From assembly GCA_035995025.1 (NCBI GenBank), contig DASYKY010000080.1:103308-167307 (forward strand): DNA of 64,000 nt. The letters run 5' to 3'. The position numbers were made by a program, and so were the translations under genes. This document shows positions 1 through 9,134 of the stretch, piece after piece (position 1 is the stretch's first letter; each line of letters begins with the position of its first letter). Source of the DNA: Actinophytocola sp. (GTDB lineage Bacteria; Actinomycetota; Actinomycetes; Mycobacteriales; Pseudonocardiaceae). The notes beneath the pieces are model-generated. The model was not told the DNA's origin, did no database searches, and saw nothing but the letters and a program-made list of their open reading frames with translations.

Positions 1-622
1 GCTGCCGCTGTCCCTGTTCGGTGACCGGCACTTCGTGCTGCCGAACCTGGGCGGGCTGGTCATGAACGGCGCGACGCTGGGCATGATGTTCCTGCTCACC
101 CTGTACCTGCAGGAGATCCGCGGGCTCGACCCGCTGCACAGCGGCCTGGCGATCCTGCCGGAGTGCCTGCCGCTGGTACTGATCCCGCCGTTCGCCGGCA
201 CGCTGATCACCCGCTTCGGCGCGGCTTCGGTCGCCGCCGCGGGCCTGGCCGCCACCGCGGCCGGCATCGCCCTACTCACCACGGCCGGCGCGACGACGCC
301 CTACCTCGCGCTGCTGCCGGCGCTCGCGATCTGGGGCATCGGCCTGGGCACGCTCACCCCGGCCCTCGTGAGTGGTGCGGTTTCCGCCGTCCCGCCCGCA
401 CGCTCCGGCCTGGCCAGTGCGGTGAACAACACGGCCCGCCAGTCCGGCGGCGCACTGGGCACGGCTGCGGCCGCCGCCCTCGCGGGCCCGGTCGCCGGCA
501 CGGGCTTCCTACCGGGCTTCCGCCTGACGGCGATCGCCGCGGCCACGATCTGCACCGCCACCGCCGTCGCGACGGGCGTGTCCGCCTTCGCCACCCGCCG
601 CTCGGCGGTGCCGACGAGCTGA
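1..622 (+). CDS. MFS drug/H+ antiporter (DHA2-like), C-terminal part; gene begins before the window
   Basis: Multiple hydrophobic helices; LYLQEIRGLDPLHSG and SGLASAVNNTARQSGGALG motifs typical of 14-TMS MFS exporters. Confidence 0.85.
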   Translation, partial: LPLSLFGDRHFVLPNLGGLVMNGATLGMMFLLTLYLQEIRGLDPLHSGLAILPECLPLVLIPPFAGTLITRFGAASVAAAGLAATAAGIALLTTAGATTPYLALLPALAIWGIGLGTLTPALVSGAVSAVPPARSGLASAVNNTARQSGGALGTAAAAALAGPVAGTGFLPGFRLTAIAAATICTATAVATGVSAFATRRSAVPTS

Positions 623-659
623 GAGTGAGGCTCTAGACGTCCCCGCCGCGTGCCGCCGG

Positions 660-2678
660 TCACCACGTCGATGGCGGTGGGGGCGGGGCGACCGCCGGGC
701 GGTCGTCGCAGGTGATCGTGTTCGGGAGCATCCACGGGGCGAGCCAGCCGCCGTCGTTGGCGCCCTCGTCGGTCAGGGCGAACTCCGAGCCCGCCGGCGT
801 GAAGTGGAAGGAGCCGCAGTTGTTGACCCCCACCGCGCCCACGTTGCGCGCGTCCACGTTCTCGAACGACGCCGAGCCGGCCACCCGCGCGCTCAGCACC
901 GACGTGCCCGTGCCGTCCACCCGGATGTCCCGGAAGTGCGCGTTCGTGATCGAGTACTGGTCCTTCACCGGGAAGTCGACGACCAGCATGATCGCGTTGT
1001 ACGTGTTGTCCAGGAAGTGGTCGCCCACCACCTCGATGTCCGCGTCGATGCTGCGCTCCAGCGCGTAGATCCAGATCGCGCCCAGCCCGATGTTCCAGTT
1101 CAGCTCGTACGTCCCAGCCCGCACGGTCGTGTTGTCGGTGACCCAGACGTGCCCGGTGAACGGCTGCGCACCGAACCGCGACCCGAGCTGGATGCCGCTC
1201 CCCTCGCGGATCGGGTCCGCGACCAGGTTCGCCGACACCGTGTTGTCCGTGCCGCCGTACAGCGCGATCCCGTTCGCCAGCACGGGTGTCTGCACCGTGT
1301 TGTGGTCGAAGACGTTCCGCGCGTTCTGCGCCGTCTCCGCCCACATCGCCAGGCCGTCGTCGCCGGTGTTGCGTACGAAGTTGTTTCCCACCAACGAGTC
1401 TGTCACTCCGATGTGGAAGTTCAGTGCGTCCGCGACCTGGTCGGCGATGACGTTGCCGGTGATCCGGGTGTCCGTCATCGGGCCGTCGAACCACATGCCG
1501 ACCTTCGTGTGGTGGACGTAGAGCGCGCTGATCGTCGAGTCGCTCAGCGCGCCGCCGATGCCGTTGACCTGGTCGGTGTCGATGCGCTCACGAACGTCGC
1601 CCTCGATGGCGAAGCCGGACAGGTGCACGCCGTGGCTGCCACCCGCAGCGGCGTCCCGGCCGTAGAAGCCGACTCCCGTGTGGACGGACCCGTCCGGGGC
1701 GGGCGGGTCCAGTGCGACCTCGTGTCCCTTGACGATCGTGTACCAGCTGCCCGCGCCCTCGATCGTCACGTCGTCCACGACGATGTGCCGGTTCACCTGG
1801 AACGTCCCCGGCGGCAGGTACACCGGCAGGTTGAAGAACCGCGCGAGGGTGATCGCCTGCTCGATCGCCCGCGCCGAGTCACGCCGGCCGGTCGGGTCGG
1901 CGCCGAACAGCAGCACGTTCAGCGCGCGCGGGTTCACGTGCGGGCGGCCGACGAGCTCGGAGTCGAGCAGGTCCACGACCGTCCACTCGGCACGGCTGCC
2001 GCGCGGCACGGTCAGCCGGACCGTGTCGCCCGCGTGGTAGGTCCGGCCGAGCAGCAGGCGCTGCTCGTCGTAGAAGTGGCTGGGGCGGAAGGGTTTCTGG
2101 ACGACCGGCGGCGGGCTCGTGTCCGCCGGCACGCACGAGCACTCGGTGATCCACCAGTCCGGGTGCAGCAGATCCGCGTCCGGGTCGTTGGTGAACGGGT
2201 ACTGGTTGTACAGCCACGCGTACTGCGACGTCAGGGTCATCGTCTGGCGGTGACCGCCGTTCACGGTCACGTCGAGCGGCGCGGTGATGCCGCCGCCGTG
2301 CGGTGCGTCGGGGATGCTGTACCGCACGGTGATCGCGTTCGCCGCGGCCGGCAGCGTGAACTCGACGCGCCGGCCGGGGGTGAGGCGCACCGCGGTGCGG
2401 CCGGACGCCTCCGCCGGCAGCGTGTACGCCGACCGGTCCGGGCCGATCACCGTTCCGTTCGTGACGGCGTTCTCCGCCTCCTGCTCGAGGAACGGCACGT
2501 CCGCGCCGCGCCCCGCGACGAGCGCCGGGTCGAGCGCGGCCCGGGTGACGACCGCGCCCGACCCTCGCGGCGCCGCGGCGGCCGTGCCGTCCCCGACCGC
2601 GAGGCCGGCTCCGGCTACGACCACCATCGCCACCGTGATCCACCGCGATCGCCCGTGTGAACGCCTCGTCCGTGCCAT
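660..2678 (-). CDS. Secreted beta-helix glycoside hydrolase, GH87/mycodextranase (alpha-1,3-glucanase)-like
   Basis: Arg-rich signal peptide (MARTRRS...AAA); EQEAENA, AEASGRTAVRL, NAITVRYSIPD, HFYDEQR, GAGSWY and RNTGDDGLAMW motifs. Start placed at ATG 2678 (ORF track starts at 2735). Confidence 0.8.
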   Translation of the reverse strand: MARTRRSHGRSRWITVAMVVVAGAGLAVGDGTAAAAPRGSGAVVTRAALDPALVAGRGADVPFLEQEAENAVTNGTVIGPDRSAYTLPAEASGRTAVRLTPGRRVEFTLPAAANAITVRYSIPDAPHGGGITAPLDVTVNGGHRQTMTLTSQYAWLYNQYPFTNDPDADLLHPDWWITECSCVPADTSPPPVVQKPFRPSHFYDEQRLLLGRTYHAGDTVRLTVPRGSRAEWTVVDLLDSELVGRPHVNPRALNVLLFGADPTGRRDSARAIEQAITLARFFNLPVYLPPGTFQVNRHIVVDDVTIEGAGSWYTIVKGHEVALDPPAPDGSVHTGVGFYGRDAAAGGSHGVHLSGFAIEGDVRERIDTDQVNGIGGALSDSTISALYVHHTKVGMWFDGPMTDTRITGNVIADQVADALNFHIGVTDSLVGNNFVRNTGDDGLAMWAETAQNARNVFDHNTVQTPVLANGIALYGGTDNTVSANLVADPIREGSGIQLGSRFGAQPFTGHVWVTDNTTVRAGTYELNWNIGLGAIWIYALERSIDADIEVVGDHFLDNTYNAIMLVVDFPVKDQYSITNAHFRDIRVDGTGTSVLSARVAGSASFENVDARNVGAVGVNNCGSFHFTPAGSEFALTDEGANDGGWLAPWMLPNTITCDDRPAVAPPPPPSTW

Positions 2679-2801
2679 CGCGGGACCCGCTCTCTGCGAG
2701 GAATGGTGAGCAGACCATAGGGCGCCATCCATCAACTCACAAGAGTTTGCCGACTTTTTGCTCTGTTCGATCGAATATTTTCAACAGGTCATGATGGGCG
2801 C

Positions 2802-3527
2802 ATGACCGACGACTACTTGCTGCCCCTGACCACGGCCACCGAGGAACGCGGGCGGGACGCCGACGTCGCGCTGCTGCCCGTCGGCAGCTTCGAGCAGCAC
2901 GGCGACTTCCTGCCGCTGGCCACCGACACGGTCATCGCGGTCACCGTCGCCCGCGCGGTCGGCGCCGCGCACCCGGTGCTGCAGCTGCCGCCGGTCACGA
3001 TCTCCTGCTCGCACGAGCACGCCGCCTGGCGCGGCACGGTCAGCATCTCGGCGGCGACGCTGTACGCCGTCGTCACCGACGTCGCGGAGTCGTTGCGCCG
3101 CAGCGGGATCGGCAAGCTGGTACTGGTCAGCGGGCACGGCGGCAACTACGTGCTCGGCAACGTCGTGCAGGAGGCGAGCGCGCGCGGCGAGCGCATGGCG
3201 TTGTTCCCGACCGAGGTCGACTGGCTCACCGCGCGCGCCGCGGGCGGCGTCGAGCTGGGTCCGGACAGCGACATGCACGCCGGGGAGCTCGAGACCTCGC
3301 TGCTGCTGCACGCCCACCCCGGGCTCGTCCGCGCGGACTACGCCGAACACGACGAGCTGGCCGACGAGCGCAACCGGATGCTGACCCGGGGGCTCGCCGC
3401 CTACACCGCGTCGGGCGTGGTCGGCCGGCCCTCGCTGGCCTCCGCGGCCAAGGGCAAGGCGGCGCTCGCCAGCTTGGTGGAGTCCTTCGGCGACGTGGTG
3501 GCCGCGCTCGGCAGCCCCTCCAGGTGA
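2802..3527 (+). CDS. Creatininase / formamide hydrolase family protein
   Basis: LPVGSFEQHGDFLPLATD, SGHGGN and DMHAGELETS motifs. Confidence 0.9.
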   Translation: MTDDYLLPLTTATEERGRDADVALLPVGSFEQHGDFLPLATDTVIAVTVARAVGAAHPVLQLPPVTISCSHEHAAWRGTVSISAATLYAVVTDVAESLRRSGIGKLVLVSGHGGNYVLGNVVQEASARGERMALFPTEVDWLTARAAGGVELGPDSDMHAGELETSLLLHAHPGLVRADYAEHDELADERNRMLTRGLAAYTASGVVGRPSLASAAKGKAALASLVESFGDVVAALGSPSR

Positions 3528-4141
3528 GGCAGGTAGTGGTCCAGCCGCTCCCGCTTGGCGCGTAAGTACGGCAGGTTGTCGTCCGTCGGCGTGGCCAGCA
3601 GCGGCACCCGCTCCACGATGCGGATCCCGTCGTGCAGCAGCGAGTCCAGCTTCTTCGGGTTGTTCGACAGCAGCCGGACCGAGTGCACGCCCAGGTCGTG
3701 GAGGATCTCCGCGGCCATGTGGTACTCGCGGGCGTCCACCGGCAGGCCGAGCGCGAGGTTCGCCTCGACCGTGTCCAGGCCCTGCTCCTGCAGCCGCATC
3801 GCCTGCAGCTTCGCCAGCAGCCCGATCCCCCGGCCCTCGTGGCCCTTCAGGTAGATCAGCACGCCCGCGCCCTCGGCGACGATCTGCCGCATGGCCGCGG
3901 CCAGCTGGTCCCCGCACTCGCAGCGGGTCGAGCCGAACGCGTCGCCGGTGAGGCACTCCGAGTGCACCCGGACAAGCGGGCTGGTGCCCGCGACGTCGCC
4001 GTGGACCAGCGCGACGTGCTCGTGCCCGCCCCAGCGGTCCAGGTAGCCCACGGCGTGGAACTCGCCGTAGACGGTGGGCAGCCGGGTGTCGACCACCCGC
4101 TCCACCGTTCCGCTACTCCCGATGCCGGCCAGGTTCGTCAT
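3401..4141 (-). CDS. ribA: GTP cyclohydrolase II
   Basis: RVHSECLTGDAFGSTRCECGDQL, HEGRGIGL and LLSNNPKK motifs; ATG at 4141 overlaps the stop of the upstream gene. Confidence 0.92.
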   Translation of the reverse strand: MTNLAGIGSSGTVERVVDTRLPTVYGEFHAVGYLDRWGGHEHVALVHGDVAGTSPLVRVHSECLTGDAFGSTRCECGDQLAAAMRQIVAEGAGVLIYLKGHEGRGIGLLAKLQAMRLQEQGLDTVEANLALGLPVDAREYHMAAEILHDLGVHSVRLLSNNPKKLDSLLHDGIRIVERVPLLATPTDDNLPYLRAKRERLDHYLPHLEGLPSAATTSPKDSTKLASAALPLAAEASEGRPTTPDAV

Positions 4142-5190
4142 GCGGTCACTCCTCGGCGTGCCTGTCGTCGTTCCGGTGACCGTCGAATCAGCATCAAAGC
4201 GCCCGGCAGGCTCGCCACGAGCCCGAGCAGGCCGTACACCACGGCGGTGGTCAGTCCCTGCGCGGCACCGAACCCGGCCGCGGCGAACATCAGCACGGTC
4301 GCGCCCTCCCTCGGTCCCCAACCGCCCACGTTGACCGGCAATCCCATCGCCAGCAGCGCCACGATGACGATCGGCACGAGCTTCCCGGCCGGTGCGTCCG
4401 CGCCCGCGGCGTGAGCCGCGACCACGAACAACGTGATGTGCCCGGCGAGCACCGCTGCGGACAGCACGGCCACCGCCGGCCACGCGTCGCGAGCGAGCAA
4501 CCCGTGGCGGACATCGTCGAGCGTACGACGCCAGCGCGAGTCCGGCCCGGTCCAGCGACGCATCGCGAGGTAGGCGAACACGACGAGTGACGCGGCGATC
4601 AGCACCGCCAGCCCGATGTCGTGGGCGGGCGCGATCGTCGGCCCGGCCAGCAGCACCACGACACCGGCGACCACCACGACGGCCTGCCCGGCGGTGCGCT
4701 CCAGCACCACGGCCCGCACGCCCGCACCGACGTCGCCCGACTCGCGGCCGTGCTGCACGGCGCGGTTGACGTCGCCGAGCACGCCCGCCGGGAGGACCGC
4801 GTTGAGGAACAGCGCCCGGTAGTAGTCGGCGACCGCACGGCGCATCGGCAGCGCCAGGCCGAGCCGGTGCGCGACGAGGCACCAGCGCCACGCGCTGAGC
4901 ACGGTCGTGACGAGCCCGATGCCGAGCGCGGCCAGGATCTCGCCCACGTCGATGACCCGGAAGCCCTCGACGAACCCGCCCGCGCCGACCTTCCAGACCA
5001 GCGCGCCGACGATGCCCACGCCGACGAGCAGCTTCGCCCAGGCCCACAGCCGGCCCTTGTTGATCCGGCCCTTGTTGATACCGCGCCGCGCGGGCGCCGA
5101 CTCGTCCGGGACGGGTCTCGCGATCTCGGCGGTGTCAGTACCGCCGTCGAGCTCACGCTCCGCCGGGTCCTCCAGAGTCATGCCGCGCAT
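4138..5190 (-). CDS. Lysylphosphatidylglycerol-synthase-TM / flippase-like membrane protein
   Basis: SAWRW, YYRALFLNAVLPAGVLGDVNRA, VLER and GGWGPREG motifs with several TM helices. Confidence 0.85.
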   Translation of the reverse strand: MRGMTLEDPAERELDGGTDTAEIARPVPDESAPARRGINKGRINKGRLWAWAKLLVGVGIVGALVWKVGAGGFVEGFRVIDVGEILAALGIGLVTTVLSAWRWCLVAHRLGLALPMRRAVADYYRALFLNAVLPAGVLGDVNRAVQHGRESGDVGAGVRAVVLERTAGQAVVVVAGVVVLLAGPTIAPAHDIGLAVLIAASLVVFAYLAMRRWTGPDSRWRRTLDDVRHGLLARDAWPAVAVLSAAVLAGHITLFVVAAHAAGADAPAGKLVPIVIVALLAMGLPVNVGGWGPREGATVLMFAAAGFGAAQGLTTAVVYGLLGLVASLPGALMLIRRSPERRQARRGVTA

Positions 5191-6254
5191 GAGGGCTCAC
5201 CCCACAACCTGTCGAGCACGGCCCCCAGCCGCGCAGCCGCCTTGTTCCAGTCCTCGAGATGGCGCCTGCGCTCCCGGGCCGACTCGCGGAGCCGGCCACG
5301 CAACGACGCGTCGATCAGATAGCGGCGCAGCGCGCCGGACAGCGCGGCCGCGTCGCCCGCAGGCACGAGCATGCCGGGAACGCTGCCGTCCGGCGCCTGG
5401 CCGAGCGTGTCCGGCAGAGCGTCCACATCGGACGTCAGCACCGGGATGCCCTGGGCGAGCGCCTCGGTGACGACCATCCCGAACGTCTCGCCGCGGGAGG
5501 GGAGCACCAGCAGGTCGGTCCGGGCGAAGCGGTCCCGCAGCTCCGCGTCGGGCAGCGGGCCGGCGAGCGACATGCGGCTGGTGAGCCCGTGCCGGGCGAT
5601 GAGGCCGTGCACCCGCTCCACGTACGCGGGGTCGCGGCGCACCGAGCCGACGCACTCGCACGTCCAGCCGAGGTCGGCGACACCGGCGAGCGCCTCGACG
5701 AGCACGTCCTGGCCCTTGCGCGGGGTGACCGAGGCGAGGCACAGCAGCCGGCCGTCGGTGCCGGTGGCGAGCGGCGCGGGGGCGGTCCCGGGCGGTGCGA
5801 CGTGCACCTGGGACGGGTCGAGGCCGTGGTGGCCGGTCGCCCGGCGCGCCGCCCAGGCGCTGGTGGCGATGATCGCGGTCGCGGCGTGCAGCGTCCGCCG
5901 CTCCAGCGCGTCGAGCTCCGCCGCACGGTCCGCGGGCAGCCCGATCTCGTCGGCGAGCGGCAGGTGCAGCAGGATCGCGACGCGCAGCCGGCGGGTGTGC
6001 GGCACGACGATCTCGGGCACCCCGCATGCGACGAGTCCGTCCAGCAGTGCGACGGACCCGTCCGGAAGCTCGGCGAGCTCTCTGGCGAGGTTGGCCCTGG
6101 CGGCCTCGTCGGGCGTGGGCCAGTGGCCGCGCACGGTGACCTCGCGCAGCCCCAGCACCTCGCACATCCGGCGGTCATAGGCATTGCCACCGCTGGCGAG
6201 CGTCACGTCATCGACGTCCGCGGGCAGCACGAACGTCGTCCCGGCCGCGCTCAC
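5178..6254 (-). CDS. Glycosyltransferase family 4
   Basis: [15 protein letters not shown] and [22 protein letters not shown] motifs; GTG start overlaps the PTPS stop (GTGA). Confidence 0.9.
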   Translation of the reverse strand: MSAAGTTFVLPADVDDVTLASGGNAYDRRMCEVLGLREVTVRGHWPTPDEAARANLARELAELPDGSVALLDGLVACGVPEIVVPHTRRLRVAILLHLPLADEIGLPADRAAELDALERRTLHAATAIIATSAWAARRATGHHGLDPSQVHVAPPGTAPAPLATGTDGRLLCLASVTPRKGQDVLVEALAGVADLGWTCECVGSVRRDPAYVERVHGLIARHGLTSRMSLAGPLPDAELRDRFARTDLLVLPSRGETFGMVVTEALAQGIPVLTSDVDALPDTLGQAPDGSVPGMLVPAGDAAALSGALRRYLIDASLRGRLRESARERRRHLEDWNKAAARLGAVLDRLWGEPSCAA

Positions 6255-6649
6255 AGCGTGCGCCGGTAGGTCGCCCACGCCACATGGGACTCGCGCAGCA
6301 TGACCGAGATCTCCGACAGGCCCTTGGCACCGTCGCCGAGCGAACCGGCGTGCACGCGCTCGGCGAGCCGGTCGGTGACGATCTTGGCCAGGAACTCGGT
6401 GGACGTGTTGATGCCGGCGAACTCGGGTACCTCGTCGAGGTTGCGGTAGTTGAGGTCCTCGAGGATCTCGTGCAGCTCCCGCGTGGCGAGGCCGATGTCG
6501 ACGACGATGTTGTCCCCGTCCAGCTCTGCCCGGTGGAAGGTGGCGTCCACAATGAACGTCGCACCGTGCAACCGCTGCGCGGGTCCGAACACCTCGCCGT
6601 TGAAGCTGTGCGCGACCATCATGTGGTCACGGACGGTGAGGCTGAACAC
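6251..6649 (-). CDS. 6-pyruvoyl-tetrahydropterin synthase (T-fold) homolog
   Basis: [24 protein letters not shown] and ESHVAWA motifs; GTG start at 6649 after an AGGAGG RBS. Confidence 0.88.
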   Translation of the reverse strand: MFSLTVRDHMMVAHSFNGEVFGPAQRLHGATFIVDATFHRAELDGDNIVVDIGLATRELHEILEDLNYRNLDEVPEFAGINTSTEFLAKIVTDRLAERVHAGSLGDGAKGLSEISVMLRESHVAWATYRRTL

Positions 6650-6668
6650 CCGCGCCTCCTGCTGTCGA

Positions 6669-7646
6669 CTAAGTGTTGTCGTACATAACACGCAGGCAGA
6701 GGGCAGAGGGTTCATCGCTGATCAAACGGGGCAGCGCGGCCGGTAGTTCATCGAACAGACATTCGCTGGTCACGAGGCTGTCGAAGGCCGGATCGGCGAG
6801 CAGTTCGAGGGCCACGGCGAGCCGTTCCGGGTAGCCCTTGCGGGCGCCGCGGGCCGGCGAGACCATCCCGACCTGGCTCGATCGCAGGGTCAGCCGTCGC
6901 GAGTGGAACCATTCACCCAGCGGCACGCTCACCCGCCGGTCGCCGTACCAGCTCAGCTCCACGACCGTCGCCTCGACAGCCGCCAGCTCCAGCGCGCGGG
7001 CGAGACCCGCCTCGGTGGCGCTGGCGTGCACGACGACGTCGCAGTCGCCGGCCGCGTCGCCCGGCGTGGCGAAGCCGACACCGAGCGCGGCGGCGAGGGT
7101 GGCCTTGCTCTCGTCGACGTCCACCAGCTGCACGCGGACCGCGGGGAACCCCGCGAGCACGCGTGCGACGCTCGCCCCGACCATCCCGGCGCCGACGACG
7201 GCGATCCGGTCGCCCACGTGCGGAGCGGCGTCCCACACGGCGTTGACCGCGGTCTCGACGGTCCCGGCGAGGATCGCCCTGGCGGCCGGCACGGCGTCGG
7301 GCACCGGCGTGACGGCCGACGCGGGCACGACATAGCGGGTCTGGTGCGGGTACAGGCAGAAGACGGTCCGCCCGGTCATCGGCCCGCGCTCGACGACGCC
7401 GACGTTGAGGTAGCCGTACTTGACCGGCGCCGGGAAGTCGCCCTCCTGGAACGGCGCGCGCATGGCGGCGTGCTGGCTCGCCGGCACTCCCCCGCGGAAG
7501 ACGAGTGACTCGGTGCCCCGGCTCACGCCGGAGTACAAGGTGCGCACGACCACGTCGTCCGGCCCTGGCTCGGGCAGCACGGCGGCGCGCAGCTCGCACT
7601 CGCCGGGCGCGCGCAGCCAAAGTGCTCGAACCGGTGCCCGCTCCAT
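6669..7646 (-). CDS. MDR-family (zinc-type) alcohol dehydrogenase
   Basis: [23 protein letters not shown] and ELSWYG motifs. Confidence 0.88.
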   Translation of the reverse strand: MERAPVRALWLRAPGECELRAAVLPEPGPDDVVVRTLYSGVSRGTESLVFRGGVPASQHAAMRAPFQEGDFPAPVKYGYLNVGVVERGPMTGRTVFCLYPHQTRYVVPASAVTPVPDAVPAARAILAGTVETAVNAVWDAAPHVGDRIAVVGAGMVGASVARVLAGFPAVRVQLVDVDESKATLAAALGVGFATPGDAAGDCDVVVHASATEAGLARALELAAVEATVVELSWYGDRRVSVPLGEWFHSRRLTLRSSQVGMVSPARGARKGYPERLAVALELLADPAFDSLVTSECLFDELPAALPRLISDEPSALCLRVMYDNT

Positions 7647-7671
7647 CGCCGCCTCCTACCGTCCCGGCCGG

Positions 7672-7696
7672 ACGATCACCTTACGTGCTCCGTTCA
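7672..7696 (-). promoter_or_regulatory. Putative ECF17 (SigL/SigU-type) promoter
   Basis: TGAACG-N16-CGT on the minus strand, about 25 nt upstream of the dehydrogenase ATG. Confidence 0.45.
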
Positions 7697-7780
7697 CCGC
7701 GTGCCCAACGCCGCGGCCGGGTCCACAGAGGACACGACATGTCGGCGCCCGCCGAACCGTTCCGCGCCTAGCGTCGGGGC

Positions 7781-8548
7781 ATGGTCATCGACGATCCCGG
7801 CGAGGTGCTCGCGATCCTCACCGACGACGGCTGCCCGGTGCCGCCCGTCCCGGCCGCCGCCGGCACCGGGGTGGCGTGGCTGCGCGCCCACGTCGTGCGG
7901 TTCAGCAGCGGGACCGAGCACCGGCGGCGGCGTGCGCTCGCCGAGGCCCGGCTCGCCCGCGTGGCGCCGGAGCGGCTGCGCGGACCGGAGCCGGCCGTCG
8001 CGCTCGCGGAAGCGCTGGGGCTGCAGGGAATCCGGGCCGCGGCGGTCGCCGCGGTGGCCGGGGTCTACCAGCCGTGGCACGAGCCGACGCCCGAGGCCGA
8101 CGCGGCGGTCGCCGAGCTGGCCGGCGCCTGCGGCGGAGCCGCCGACAAGGACACCGCCGCCACGATCTGCCTGCTCGTCCAGGCCCACCAGGCCACGCAC
8201 GACCTCGTCACCACCACGCTGCGCGCCGGCACCACCGTGGCCGAGACCCTGCGCACCGACCCGCCCGTCCGGCGCACTCGCAGGCTGCGCGGCGGCCGGG
8301 TCGTCGAGGTCGACCTCGGCACGCAGCCGTTCGGCGCGGGCGCGCACGCCTGCCCGGGCCGTGCCCACGCGATCGCCCTCGCCGAAAATATCGTGGCGGC
8401 GTGCTCCCATGACGGCACCAAGGTCGCCGCCCACCGTGCCACCCACCCCGCCACCCACCCCGCCGCCCGGCCCGCGCCCGCGCCGCCCGCCGACCACGCG
8501 CTGCGCGACGGCCAGATCTACCGCTGGGTCGGCGGAAAGGTCGGCTGA
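7781..8548 (+). CDS. Short cytochrome P450-like protein
   Basis: ETLR (ExxR), DPPV and FGAGAHACPG haem-thiolate motif, but only 255 aa with a low-complexity tail. Confidence 0.6.
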   Translation: MVIDDPGEVLAILTDDGCPVPPVPAAAGTGVAWLRAHVVRFSSGTEHRRRRALAEARLARVAPERLRGPEPAVALAEALGLQGIRAAAVAAVAGVYQPWHEPTPEADAAVAELAGACGGAADKDTAATICLLVQAHQATHDLVTTTLRAGTTVAETLRTDPPVRRTRRLRGGRVVEVDLGTQPFGAGAHACPGRAHAIALAENIVAACSHDGTKVAAHRATHPATHPAARPAPAPPADHALRDGQIYRWVGGKVG

Positions 8549-8662
8549 AAGTCCCTGCCCGGCCGGGACCTTCTGCTCTGTGCGCATGGGCCGATCGCCT
8601 GCGGTGCCACGGTTCCGGCGCGGTCTAGCGTGTGCCGGCAGGAGGCCCAGGAGGGGAACACG

Positions 8663-9052
8663 GTGGGAATTCGGATCCTGCTCGTAGACGACCACGAGCT
8701 CGTCCGCCGCGGGATCGCGGAGCTGCTGGCCGCCGAGGCGGATCTGGAGATCGTCGGCGAGGCCGCGTCCGTGGCCGAGGCGCTCACCCGGGCGGCGCAG
8801 GTCGAGGCAGACGTGGCGGTGCTCGACGTGCGGATGCGCGACGGCGACGGCATCGCGCTGTGCCGGGAGCTGCGGGTCCGGCGGCCGGCGCTGCGCTGCG
8901 TCGTGCTCACGTCCGACGACGGCTCGCGGGCCGACGCGATCACGGCGGGCGCCGCGGGGTTCGTGCTCAAGCAGGTCGTCGGGATGGCACTGGTCGACGC
9001 GGTCCGCACGGTCGGCACCGGCGGCAGCTTTCTGGACGGCGACCGGGTCTGA
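8663..9052 (+). CDS. Stand-alone response-regulator receiver domain (NarL/DevR-like, no HTH)
   Basis: LLVDDH, VLDVRM (phospho-Asp), LTS and FVLK; stop comes right after the REC domain; GGAGGG RBS before the GTG. Confidence 0.85.
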   Translation: MGIRILLVDDHELVRRGIAELLAAEADLEIVGEAASVAEALTRAAQVEADVAVLDVRMRDGDGIALCRELRVRRPALRCVVLTSDDGSRADAITAGAAGFVLKQVVGMALVDAVRTVGTGGSFLDGDRV

Positions 9053-9134
9053 GATCGATGATCACCGCTAACGACGGGCCCGGTACCGTCGACACAGTGA
9101 GTGACACCGATTTCACCCTGAGCCAGAGGAGCGT

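Noticed and set aside
5050-5079. 15-bp tandem duplication (INKGR x2)
   Set aside because: In-frame slippage in a variable N-terminus; no sign of function
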